From NCBI GenBank assembly GCA_951406725.2, contig OX597829.1:3348001-3412000 (forward strand): a DNA stretch of 64,000 nucleotides. Direction: 5' to 3'. The first letter of the stretch is position 1. Each line of letters opens with the position of its first letter. Below are positions 12,238 to 24,498 of the stretch, in pieces. A program made the position numbers and the translations under genes. Under the pieces are notes generated by a model. That model worked only from the letters and a program-made list of their open reading frames with translations, was not told the DNA's origin and searched no databases. The stretch is from Octopus vulgaris. Lineage: Eukaryota.

Positions 12238-13622
12238 CTTCCCCGTCTGTCTTGATAGACAATGGGTCGCGCCAAGGGTGGGGCCTACTTTGATGATGAG
12301 CAGCGTCTGCTGTGACTGAACAGTCCAATTCTAGAGTGGCAGTCCCTGGTACAGTTGCTGCACACGAACATCGATGGGTACGTGTGGGGTGTTGCTGCAG
12401 TTGTCCTCCTCCTGTCCCGCCTGTCCGACCATAGCTGTGCTCTCCTTTCCTCAGCCATGGAAACGCCTTTCCTCACTGTCCGACGCCAGGCAGAGCGGTC
12501 AGCAGCTGTTACCTCCCACGTGTCCAGACAGATGTTGGCAGTCCTCAGGTCGCGCTTGCACACATCCCTGTATCGTAGCTGTGGACGTCCCTTGGGTTGG
12601 GATCCTGTGGTGAGTTCGCTGTACAGGATGTCTTTAGGCATGCGACCGTCCTGCATGCGGCAGACGTGTCCGAGCCAGCACAGTCGTCTCCGCACGAGGA
12701 GGGCATGCATGCTTGGCATATTAGTCTGTTCTAGGATGACTCCGTTTGGTACTCGGTCCTTCCAGGAGATGCCAAGGATCCGTCGAAGACACCGCATGTG
12801 GAAGCCGCTGAGGCGGCATTCTTGCCGGGTGTATGTTGTCCAGCTCTCGCTGCCGTAGAGTAGGGTGCTCAGCACGCAGGCTCGGTACACTGCGATCTTG
12901 GTGGTTATTGTGAGCATGTTGTTTTCCCACACTCTCCTGGAGAGCTTTGCCATGGCAGCAGCAGCCTTCCCAATCCGTCTGTTCAGCTCCGGCTCAAGGG
13001 ACAGGCTGCTGGAGACCGTCGATCCCAGGTATGTGAACTCGTTCACCACCTGCAAGCTGTGGTCGCCGACACTGATGCTGGGGACCCCTCCGACGTCCTG
13101 GCCCATGATCTCTGTCTTTTTCAGGCCGATGGTAAGGCCGAACTCTTGGCAGGCATCCGCCAGGGAGCTGACCAGCCTCTGGAGACCTGGCTGGTTGTGT
13201 GATGTTAGGGCGGCATCGTCAGCAAAGAGGATCTCTCTGATCAGCACCTGACGGACTTTGGTCTTAGCTCTGAGGCGCGCAAGATTGAACAATCCACCAT
13301 CAGCCCTGGTGTGGAGGAACACTCTGTCGTCAGATGTTCTGAAGGCATAGGACAGGACAAGGGAGAAGAAAAATCCGAAGAGCGTTGGCGCCAGAACGCA
13401 ACCCTGTTTCACTCCACTCTGGATGGGGAACGACTCCGAGGGCGATCCGTCAAACTGCACTGTTCCCTGCATACCGTCGTGAAAGGAGGTGATGAGTTTC
13501 AGCAGTCTGGGAGGGCAACCTATCCTACCCAGGAGCGCAAACAGCCCCTCCCTGCTGACTGAGTCGAACGCCTTAGCCAGGTCGATGAAGGCCACGTATA
13601 GGGGCTGTCTCTGTTCTCGACT
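12238..13622 (-). mobile_element. GC-rich, 5'-truncated RTE (BovB-like) LINE with an uninterrupted RT-to-C-terminus frame
   Basis: 436-aa ORF 12285..13595: [61 protein letters not shown] and C-terminal CxxC...SRIGLFSH. Both flanks are (TA)n. Confidence 0.95.
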
Positions 13623-13694
13623 TCATATATATATACATTCATATATATACATACATACATACAGATATATATATATATATATATATATACATAC

Positions 13695-13731
<37 letters not shown>

Positions 13732-14214
13732 GGGTATGAAAGGTACTGGTGTCAGGAAGACCCAAAAGATATTGGGTAATGCTAAGTAAGTGCTATGGAT
13801 AGACTATGGTTAAAGCTCTAGGCTCGATAATGATATGAGTGAGGAGTCCAACGTGGGTCATGTAGTAGCATGCATATATATAAATTAACAGAATGAGATA
13901 AAAAAAAAATCCAAACAGTAAATAAATTTCATAACATTTATCAAGAAAAAGTCTTACACCAAAAAAAACTCCTCAATCAACCAACACTGTTTACAAGGCT
14001 CTATGCTTGGAATAACCAAATATAACTACTATTGGAACTTACACAACAGGTACAAGAAAATTTCTTCACCCACCAAAAATTTTTCATCACTTATATACAC
14101 CATTCTACTTGAATAATGGAACTGCAAATACAATATCCTTATGTATCTCACTTCTATATTAATTCTCTTACTTCCCTCTGTATTTCATATCTTCTCTACA
14201 GTAATCAATACTCA

Positions 14215-14262
14215 CCGTCTCTGATGGAATATATAAAATATCCTGGAAACAGCTGTAAGATC
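14215..14262 (+). ncRNA. Hammerhead-like motif
   Basis: gtct-CTGATGG-aatat-ataaa-atatcc-tg-GAAAC-AGCT-GTA-agat. Palindromic stem III loop; one core deviation. Confidence 0.6.
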
Positions 14263-14326
14263 TTTTCTTGATAAATGTTATGAAATCTATTTACTACCTT
14301 GGATTTTTTATCTCATTCTGTCAATT

Positions 14327-14386
<60 letters not shown>

Positions 14387-14546
14387 GTATAAAGGATCAT
14401 GAGCAAGGCCAGAACATTGCGAAGTAAATGCAAAGCAAATCCCAAGAAAACAAATATATGAATTAATGTAGACTTACCTTGCATTTAGTATTTTGGGGTT
14501 ATGACTCCATTTTCAAGAATGTTGCCAGTGTGCATGTGTGTGTGAG

Positions 14547-14600
<54 letters not shown>

Positions 14601-14751
14601 TCTGCAACATTCGTTATTTTCTTTAAAATGGGGTCAAAACCCCAAAATATTGAATGCAAGGTAAGTCTATATTAATTCATATATTTGTGTTTTGGGGATT
14701 TGCCTTGCATTTCCTTCACATTGTTCTGGCCTTACCCATGGTCCTTTATAC
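14387..14751. repeat. Fold-back element: ~140-bp imperfect inverted arms around a (CA)n spacer
   Basis: GTATAAAGGATCATGAGCAAGGCCAGAACA... versus ...TGTTCTGGCCTTACCCATGGTCCTTTATAC. Confidence 0.85.
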
Positions 14752-15100
14752 AATATATGCTACACAATACTTCATAGTAATTATTCCATATATGTGTGTG
14801 AGTGTGTGTGTATGTATACATGAGATAATAGTTTCACTCTTATTAGTTTCAGTATTAATAGTGAAAGTATTGTCTCACATTACAATAGAGATGTTATTGT
14901 TTCACTTTTGACACATAATATTGAAATAGTGTAAAAGATAAGAAATTACTTCAAGCTCACATTAGGCAAGAAGATGAACATATTTTTGGCTCATGACACT
15001 TCATGGATTCTAAGAAAGGCGTGTGTAAAATTTTAAGGAAATCGGTTGAGTAGTTCTTGAGCTCTAGTTATGCACACATACACACAGACACACATTCTCA

Positions 15101-15177
<77 letters not shown>

Positions 15178-16109
15178 ATATATATATGTATACATACACA
15201 TGCACAATCACACACATACATATAATTATATACATACACATATATACATATCTATCTATTATCTATTATCATACATACATGTACACACACACAACAGGAA
15301 AGAGAAAAATATGACTGAGGGAAAGAAGGCAGTCCAGACTAGTCTAAACAATGGAAAAGTGAGAAGGAAGGAAGGAAGGTGAGAATTATGTCGCAATGCT
15401 ATGTCACATAATTTTCTTCATTCTAAGGAGTATCATTGTATTTCTTCCTTTTTTCTTTTTTGTTGTTGTTGTCCGTTCATTGAATACAAGGGAAAAAAGT
15501 TGACATGCAGCAGGTTGTGAGACAGGTTGGAGATGGGGAATTTTTCGGCAACGCAGGTCATTCAGTTGAATTTTAAATATTGCCTCACTCTCTCTCCCTT
15601 CCTCTTCTTCTTCTGTCTGGCTAGATCTGTCTGCCGACCGGTTTCTGTGTCTCTCTCTCTTTCTCCCTCTCTCAGTATTACTTGGTCTCTGCTTGTTATT
15701 GTCTTTAAATGCTGTTGTCAGCCAGTCCTTGGTAAAAGAGGGGGTGACTGTATCCTAGTTTGAGTGTATGCTCCCTGAGGCAAACCTTGAGTGTTACACA
15801 CTACACAACCCCTACCATCACTCCCAAAAGGCCCAAAAGTGGCATTCTCATAAAAGTGTCACTCAGGGTGAACTGCTCAACCCTCACTATGCTACTGAGG
15901 GTTGGATAAGGGATAGAAACTTTTTTCATAAAAACAGTTAAAAAAAAATTCCCTTGTACCATGAAGTCAGAACTGGTAGGCATGGAGGGACAGGTGTATG
16001 ACACAGTACAGGAAAGACAAAGAAGTAAAGGGATGAAGAATAATAGTTAAATATTTTTTAGTGAATTTACTAAATACTTCTCAGATTGGAACAAGGACAC
16101 ATATTTTAA

Positions 16110-16330
16110 CCCTTTTGTTACCGTATTTCTGTTGAGATGCTCTATGTTTCTTCCAATTATTTTAAATATAACAAAGAATTTAGTAAAATAACTTGGTTAT
16201 CATTCAGCTAGTATTAGGAACATAAATTGTGACTAAGATTTGGTGGAAGATTTTAATTCAAAACTGATGAAAACAAGACATTTATACTAAAGAGCCAGAG
16301 CCAGTTTCAGCCGGGTTGGTAACAAAAGGG
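16110..16330. mobile_element. piggyBac-type MITE
   Basis: TTAA|CCCTTTTGTTACC ... GGTAACAAAAGGG|TTAA. Related degenerate copies at about 130-240, 2990-3070 and 50410-50915. Confidence 0.85.
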
Positions 16331-16414
16331 TTAAGGAAGGAAATAATCAATAAAATTGATCCTTGTACTTCATTGCTACTTTATTTTATTGAACTCTAAG
16401 ATGATGAAAGAAAT

Positions 16415-16582
16415 CACATGGCCTAATGATTTGGGTGTTGCACTTACGTATGCAAGATCATGGGTTCAATTCCCAGACTGAACAGTGCATTGTGTTCTTG
16501 AGCAAAACACTTCATTTCATGTTGCTCCAGTCCACTCAGCTGTAAATGTGTAATCTTGTGACTGACTGGCATCCTGTCCACA
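16415..16582 (+). mobile_element. tRNA-derived SINE (family C) fragment
   Basis: TGGCCTAATG...GGTTCAATTCCC head followed by GTTGCTCCAGTCCACTCAGCTG; same family as 49440-50105. Confidence 0.7.
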
Positions 16583-16702
16583 TTTTCAGATATACATTTG
16601 AATAATAACAGAAAAGGAAAAAACTTTATTAAATGGTCCCTTATTCTTCCTTATGTAAATTTAATAATGATTTAATTTAATGTTTTAATGGACCTTATCT
16701 AT

Positions 16703-16746
16703 TTCATGCTGAGGAGATCCAATGAGATTGAAATAGCTATACACAA
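16703..16746 (+). ncRNA. Minimal hammerhead-like motif
   Basis: catg-CTGAGGA-GATC-caatga-GATT-GAAA-T-AGCT-A-TA. Confidence 0.6.
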
Positions 16747-17369
16747 ATGTGAAGGACTTTATGATCAAAAGGAAAATTAAAAGAAAATTTAATCAAATAA
16801 ATGTACCCCAGTATGGTTGCAGTCCAGTGACTGAAAAAAATAAACGATGAAGATATTTTTATTCCTTTCACTTATAGGGGGGGGGGGGAACAAAAAACTT
16901 GGCAGAATAATTCTCTCTCCTCCTATGGAGAGGAACAACCAATCGACTGCAAGATTACATTGTTATGAAAATTATGGTTGAGTGATCATATATCTCTAAT
17001 AATGTTGCAACAATAGTTGCATATGCAGATATGCAATAGATGGATGTTGGAACTTGTACATATGAAAATGCTGGGCAAACACATCACTGGAGATGGCTAG
17101 AGCTAAACTTCCTTTATCAAACAACTGACTGCTGCTTGTGATGTAATAATGGTCAGAATTGCAAGGCAAGAGACAACATTGATTATATATGTGAGAAAAC
17201 AAAAAGAAAGTCAGAGTAAATTCTCAGGCACAAGTGAGAACTTCCCAACCGCATAGTTCCAATATCATATTCCACTCTCTCTTACCTACCACCTGTCCAT
17301 CCACCCTCTAAAATACAAACTCACCCACAACTTTCACATTCTTCTTTCTGACCCAACAACCACCCCTAT

Positions 17370-18190
17370 CTTTCCCACACCTCTCTCCTGTCTTTTAAAA
17401 AAGACAGGAGTCTTAGAAATCTCCTTGTTAGAAGATTCCCAGCTCCCAGCTCCGCACAACCAGGAACCTTTAATTGTTCTTGCCGGTGATGTAACACATG
17501 CCCCAACATCGACAATACTGCTTCCATCACAGATCCCAAGAAGCAATATCACATAACACACCACTTCTGTTGCACTTTGGTGAATCTCATATATTGTATC
17601 ATATGCAAACTAAGCAATGCTCTTCACATTGGAGAAACAGGGTGACACCTTGGGGATCGCTTTTGCAAACACATCAAAAGCATAATGCTACCGTATGCCA
17701 GGTCATACCACTTCAACGCTGTGAATCATTCTATTGCAGATTTATCAGTGTGTGGTATGGCCTTGCACCACAGATCCCACTTCTCTAGGAAACGAAAAGA
17801 GCAACGTCTCATATTTGATCTTGACACTGTGTCCCTGACAGGTATTAATGAACATTTTTCCTTTCATCCTTTCACCTCCTCTTAATTCCTTTTTACCTTT
17901 TTTAATCCTCCTTCCACCCTCTCTCTGCAACATTCCCATATTTACTTACCTCTACTTTCTCCATCACCCTTTTTCTTCCCCCTTTCTGTACGCCCTCTCC
18001 TATAACTTCTGTTTCACGTTTGCAGCCCATGTTATTCTGTGTTCATTATGAGTTGCAGCCAGTTTTTCAAGCTGTGAGGATGTAAAACTCTGTCTTTCTT
18101 CAACTTCCCTTTTTCTCAACTCCCAGATGAAGGACTGCATCCCAAATGATGGATATTCTACTCCTCATGGCAAGTTCACAGTACCCCTTT
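17370..18190 (+). mobile_element. Penelope-like element 3' remnant (Cys-rich linker, GIY-YIG endonuclease, 3' region with decayed hammerhead)
   Basis: Manual translation gives PGTFNCSCR*CNTCP, NLIYCIICKLSNALHIGETG*HLGDRF and HFNAVNHSIADLSV...RKRKEQRLIFDLDTVSLTGINEHFSF. CAGATGAAGGA-ctgca-TCC-CAAAT at about 18124-18147. Confidence 0.85.
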
Positions 18191-18199
18191 CACTTCTCT

Positions 18200-18415
18200 C
18201 TATATGTATATATCTGTGTGTGTGTTGTTATGTCTGTGTTTGTCTTCCATCATTGCTTGGCAACCAGTGTTGGTGTGTTTGGCAAAGAGACTGATAGAGT
18301 AAGCACTAGGCTTAAAAATAAGTCCAGGGGTTGAACAGTTTAACAAAAACACTTCAAGGTGGTGCTCCAGGATGGCCACAGTCAAATGACTAAAACAAGT
18401 AAAGGAATAAAAGAA
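18200..18415 (+). mobile_element. Nin-type SINE 3' half
   Basis: Matches 49810-50020 (TTGCTTG.CAACC...ATGGCC.CAGTCAAATGACT.AAACAAGTAAA). Confidence 0.75.
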
Positions 18416-19139
18416 TTTCTTAGAAAATATTTGGCAATTAGATTTGTTAGAAAAAAGTGATGTGAATAATGAAACAAAGAGTTATTTTTCTGTTTGAAGT
18501 TATTCAGTAAAATGAAATGTCATCTGTTTAGAAATTCTCAGACTTAAGAAGTGTATTTACAATTAATAATCCATAAATACATCAATATCATGTTAAGATA
18601 GAGAGAAAATTGTAGTAGATAGCAATATATTTGCCTATTGTAGCATTTTCAAATAGTTTTGTATAATGACCTTTTAAAAGATTTTATGGAAGGAAATAAA
18701 ACGGTATGATGCCAATAATTTAACTTTATATTAAATGGTTCCATTGAATTTTATAAGTATGTTCTTGAAATGGATCCTTAATTACTGCATTGTTCTACTC
18801 TCAGAATACACAACTGCATGCACCTAAAACCAAATATGTACTTTGGTACTATTCATTGCTTCTTTAATTCTTTGCCTATATACTATCTAACTCTTCTATT
18901 TGTTATGGTAAAACAGTAAATTCTGAGAAAACTAAATTTGGTTGCAAAGTGGAATACATCTCCTCTCCTCCTCATGCACTATACCTACATTTATCTTCCC
19001 CCCTCCACTCCTGCTACAGACTCAACCATATGTTGTCTCTCCCCACCTGTCTTTCTTTTATCTTCCTCCTGTCTACTGATTTATCATTATTATTCTGCTG
19101 TTCCACATTGTCAACCATTTCCTAATCCTCCTCTTTCTT

Positions 19140-19706
19140 CCATATTCCTACCGCTCTATGTCACGCTGGTGAGACCCATATTGGAGTATGGGATTCAAGC
19201 CTCTTCTCCTTATCTCCTCAAAGACATACAGCATCTCGAAAGAGTCCAGAAGCTGGCTACCCGCATGGTTCATGGTCTCAAGAATTTGTCTTATGAAGAA
19301 AGGCTGAAGACGCTTGACCTTTATTCTCTAGAAAAATGCAGCCGCCATGGTGATCTCATTCTCGCTCACAACATCATAAGCGGAAAGTGTAACCTCTCGA
19401 AAGAGCTGTTCTTCACTCCTGCTCCAGAGTGTCGGCTGCGGGGGTCATTCTGAAAAGCTCTATCTGCGATGATTTCATCTCAATCGAAGGAGAGGGGCTT
19501 TCTCCGTCCGGGTCGCGGATCCATGGAATAAGCTGCCAGACGAGATGTTGAAGATGCCGACGGCCGCTTTATTCAAAGTCTCCCTTGACCTCAAGTGGCC
19601 TGAACTCTTTACATGAACACCCTCCTTGTACATAACTCCATGTCCCCCTACATGGCCTTGCTTTTTGCTTTTTGCGCCAAAAAATTAACTAACTAACTAA
19701 CTAACT
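19140..19706 (+). mobile_element. CR1/L2-clade LINE 3' end
   Basis: LYVTLVRPILEY...LERVQKLATRMV..L...SYEERL..LDLYSLE...GDLI, ending in a (TAAC)n tail. Confidence 0.9.
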
Positions 19707-20249
19707 CATGTATTATTTGTCATCTACCATTCAAGACAACTGCCCTTCAACCCTGCACAATCTGTCCCCACTCACTTTTTCCCATCTCATGCACCTTGAG
19801 GGTTCACACTGACACCTCATCTCCATTATTTTTTTTTCATCCTTTTCCAGCTCCACTCACTCACTTCCATCCTTTTAATAAGAGTATCTTGTACCTCCTC
19901 TACAACAAGTAACTGGTTCTGCTCTGGCCCTTTATTTAAAAAACTAACCCCTCATCTTGTAACATAAAGCTGTCCCCTTAGGAATTGTAGTCATGCAAAT
20001 CTCATGGAGATCTCATTAGTGCTGGTGTCATGAAAAAAAGTACCCAGTCCATTCTTTAAAGTGGTCAGCATTAGGAAGGGCATCCAGCCACAAGAAATTC
20101 TTAGACCACATTGCAGTCTTTGAACTCCGGATCCCGTGAATCCATCCGACCCATTACAGTATGGAACGCAGATGCTAAATTCTGATGATAAGGTACATGT
20201 CATATGTATGCACACATACATATGTGTAATATATATATACATATACACA

Positions 20250-20523
20250 CATGTGCCGGTGGCATGTGTAAAAGATTTGAGCGAGGTCGTTGCCAGTACC
20301 ACCTGACTGGCCCCATGCCAGTGGCATGTAAAAGTACCACTACACTCTTGGAGTGGTTGGCGTTAGGAAGGGCATCAAGCTGTAGAAACTTTGCCAGATC
20401 AAGATTGAAGCCTGGTGCAGCCATCTGGTTCTCCAGCCCTCAGTCATTCGTCCAACCCATACTAGCATGGAAAGTGGACGTTAAACAATGATAATGATGA
20501 TGATGATGATGATGATGATGATG
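20250..20523 (+). mobile_element. RTE family A 3' UTR/tail
   Basis: Same UTR with (GAT)n tail. An older copy lies at about 19990-20195. Confidence 0.85.
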
Positions 20524-20803
20524 GCACATACACACAAAAACACACATGCACACAAATATATGTATATTGTATTTGTCCCCTCCACCCACCACTTGACAAC
20601 CGGTGGTGGTTTGTTTACATCATCTTAGCTTAGCTGGTCAACAAAAGAAACTAAGAGTAATAGAGTAAGTACCAGCCTTGAAATATAAGTGCTAGAGTCC
20701 ATGCACCAACATGGCTGCAATCCAGTGACTGAAACTTGTAACAGAGTAAAAGATGTAATCATTCTGTCAATGGTCAATAATATTCAAAACTGAAACATAG
20801 TGG

Positions 20804-21184
20804 GGATCCTTTTGGTTTGAACGGCAGTTTTTTCTAGCGGTGTCATATGAAATTGTCACCCATAATTATGACCCTAGTATCGATCTATTGCATTTCAATC
20901 TGTTTTAGGGTTAGGGTTGGGAGGGAGGGTATCTTTTTTCCTTCACAAATGTAAATAAACCCAATCTGTTTCTTAAACGAGGGACATATTCATACGGCAC
21001 AGAATGTCTTTTACCTCAGTAGACGTCATTGATTGGTTGAGATTGCAGAAATTGAAGAAAAAAACCCCAACAAATATCTTACAAACTATAGAATTTTCTC
21101 AATAAAGCCAAGAGAAAAAGATGTTTTATAAACACATTCTACCAGAAATTATGTTAAAAACTGCCGTTCAAACAGAAGAGATCC
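20804..21184. mobile_element. MITE with ~30-bp TIRs, a TSD and an internal TTAGGG run
   Basis: GGATCCTTTTGGTTTGAACGGCAGTTTTT / AAAAACTGCCGTTCAAACAGAAGAGATCC. CATAGTGG is duplicated at 20796-20803 and 21185-21192 (6-bp ATAGTG if the TIR begins GGG). Confidence 0.88.
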
Positions 21185-21799
21185 CATAGTGGAGAGAGGA
21201 GGAGGGTTTTGTTTTTCAAGTACAATGTATTTTAAGTATTTCAAAGCAAAGGAATAAATTTAATGCACCAGGAAGAAGAGACTCCCTAAGTTTCATTTGG
21301 AAGAACTTCATCAAACTCTGGCGTTAGTGGAATTGAATAAATTAATTGGAAAGTGGAGAGGAGGAGGAGATGGGGAAAGAGGAGGGAGGGGAGGAGAAAG
21401 GAACAAACAGTGGATATATAGTTGAAAGTGTGAATGGAGGAGAGAGGCACCTGTCAGAGTGGAGGGAAAAATTAAAATAAATCTATTGTTTTTATATTTT
21501 CTCTACTATGACCCTACTCTCCCCATCACCCATCCACTACTCTGCCACTGACTCTTGTTCCTCTCCTTCCACTAACACCTATCAACTCTCCCTCTTTCTT
21601 TTTCTTTGCTTCCCCTTTCTTTCACCCCCCCCCCCACCAACCAATATATTTCATTTGAAATTCTTATCTCTTCTCTCAACAATCTGACCTGCCTGCAAAT
21701 TTTAGACTCTTCCTCAAAGCATAAAATTTATTCCATTGTTTCAGTTAATTCTACTTCCTATTTGTCATCAGATTCTACTGTTTTAGAAATATATTAAAT

Positions 21800-24453
21800 C
21801 ATGCATGGTTGCTTTTAAATACAAAGACCCTCCCTCGTGAAGAATGTACCCCCCAGCATAGACCAGTTATTAGTAATTTTAGACTTGAGACCAGAATGAT
21901 ACCAAGAAGCAGACCGGAAGAGGGACTTGGAAGCTTAAGAACCCTTCACATAGTCAGAGATTTAGGGAAATCCTTACTGAGAAATTTGATGAATTCCTGT
22001 GAGATAGCTTGCTGAGCACCACAGACCAAATCTGTGGCTGGTGCAAAGTCCCTTCCAGACCTAGGGTAATATGGTGGTGGAACAATACTATAGACAAGGC
22101 CATTAGAACAAAGAAACAGGCCTGGAAGGTCTGGAAGAGTTGGGGTAGCTGGGAACTGTATTGATAGCTAGAAGGGAGTAGCAGAAAAGAAGTTTGCCAA
22201 TGTTCAACACATGTGAACCAAAGAACTGAAGTATTTCATATTGCTAGACAGTGTATGAGGGAAAATCATGATGTCATAGGAGAGAAAGGTGTCTGCATGG
22301 ATGATGGTGCACTTGTGTTTAATGATTCTGCAAAGAAAGAGGCTTGGAGATGCCATTATGAAAGACTGCTGAACGTGGAGAATGAATGGGAGGAGGAGAG
22401 TTAGCCAAAGGTTAACCCAATTGTGGGACCAGTTACCTGAATCAACAGTACCCTGGTAGATAAAGCAATTAAGGATATAAGGACAGTAAAAGCTCCTGGC
22501 CCATCAGGAATCGCAGCTGAGATGCTTAAAATATCGGGCGTTGTGGGTTATGGTCTAACATCATAAATCAGGTAGTTCATGAAGGGGTCACATCCAATGA
22601 CTAGTGTGACAGCACCATAGTCAACTGCTACAAAGGTAAAGGGGATGCTTTAGATAGAAATAACTACAGGGATATCAAATTGTTGGATCAGGTGATGAAA
22701 GTTATGGAGAGGGTCTTAGCCCAACTAATTAGGGAGAGAGTTACCCTAGATGAAATGCAGTTTGGCTTTGTGCCACTGGTAAGGCAACTGCAGGAAAAAT
22801 ATCTAGCCAAAGATAAACTTCTGTACTTGGCTTTTGTTGACTTGGAAAAAGCTTTTGACAAGGTCTCCCAATCCCTTATCTGGTGGTCAATGCAGAAACT
22901 AGGGATAGATGAGTGGTTGGTAAGAGCAGTACAAGGTCTGTACAGGGATGTTGTCAGTAAGGTGAAAGTTGGAAATGAGTACAGCAAAGAATTTCAGGTA
23001 GAAGTAGGGGTTCACCAATGATCAGTCCTCAGGCCCCCTCTTATTCATCATAATTCTCCAAGCAATAATAGAAGAATTCAAGACAAGCTGCTCCTGGGAG
23101 CTCCTCTATGCTGATGACCCTGCTCCAAAAGCCTTGTCACTACCAGAACTAGAGACGAAGTTTAGGGTATGGAAACAAGGTCTAGAATCAAAGGGCCTTA
23201 GAGTCAACCTAGCAAAAACCAAAATCCTAGTAAGTAGGAAGGCAGATAAATCACAAACCCCTTCAGGTAGATGGCCCTGCTCAATTTGTAGAAAAGGCAT
23301 GGGTAGAAACTCCATAAGATGTACCCAGTGTAAGTTATGGATACGTAAGAGGTGCAGCAATATCAAAGGAAGGCTAACTGGGAAGATAGTTTTTTTGTAT
23401 GGCAAATGCTCAGGAGCAATAAACACCAAAGGTGTACAGAAAACAGATTCCATCACATGCTAGGGGGAAAAACTAGAAGTAGTTGACAGCTTCCGTTACC
23501 TAGGCAACCAAGTCTGTAGTGGGGGGGTGAAAACTCTGAGAGCATAGCTGCTAGAATAAGAATAACCTGGGCAAAGTTCAGAGAGCTCCAGCCTCTGTTA
23601 GCAACTAAGGGCATCTTGCTCAGGGTGAAATGTAGACTGTATGATGCATGTGTACAAATTGCCATGCTACAAGTCAGTGTAAAATGGGGTGTGACTATTG
23701 AGGACATGTGTAAGATGGAAAGAAATGAAGCTAGTATGATCTGCTGGATGTGCAATGTCAGTGTGCATACATGACAGAGTGTAAGCACCCTGAGAGAAAA
23801 GTTGGGCATAAGAAGCATCAGATGTGCTGTGCAAGAGAGATGATTGCACTGGTATGGTCATATGTTATGTATGGATGAGGACAGCTGTGTGAGGAAGTGC
23901 CACACCCTAACAGCAGAAGGAACCTGTGGAAGAGGTAGATCTAGGAAGAAATGGGATGAGGTGATGAAGCATGACCTTTGAATGTTGGGCTTCACAGAGG
24001 CAATGACAAAAGACCGAGACCTTTAGAGTTATGCTGTGATCTAGAAGACCCAGAAATTAAAGTGAGATCACAGCCATGGCCGATACCAATATTGCATGAT
24101 CAGCCCACTTGAAGTACTCTTGAAGTATTGGGCAATATGATATGCTTGGGAAGACCTGTCAAGTCAAGGGAAATTGAAATCGTAGCCATGGCCAGTGCCG
24201 CCTTGACAGAATCCCATGCTGGTGGCACATAAAATGCACCATCCAAATGTGGTCGATGCCAGTTCCCCCTGACCACCTCTTGTGCTGGAAGCACATAAAA
24301 AGCGCCCACTACACTCTTGGAGTGGTTGGTGTTAGGAAGGGCATCCAGCTGTAGAAACATTGTAAGATCTTATTGGTGCCTGGTGTAGCCCACTTGCTTG
24401 CCAGACCTCAGTCAAACCGTCCAACCTATGCCAACATGGAAAGCAGACGTTAA

Positions 24454-24498
<45 letters not shown>
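21800..24498 (+). mobile_element. Long degenerate RTE LINE family A (end of APE domain, RT, 3' UTR)
   Basis: ECTPQHRPVIS, KAPGPSGI, YKGKGDAL, MQFGF, LAFVDLEKAFD, GVHQ, LLYADD and WPCSICRKG, with many stops and frameshifts; (GAT)n tail. Confidence 0.93.

Noticed and set aside
20905-20929. Interstitial telomere or fusion scar
   Set aside because: Only about two TTAGGG units, internal to a MITE.
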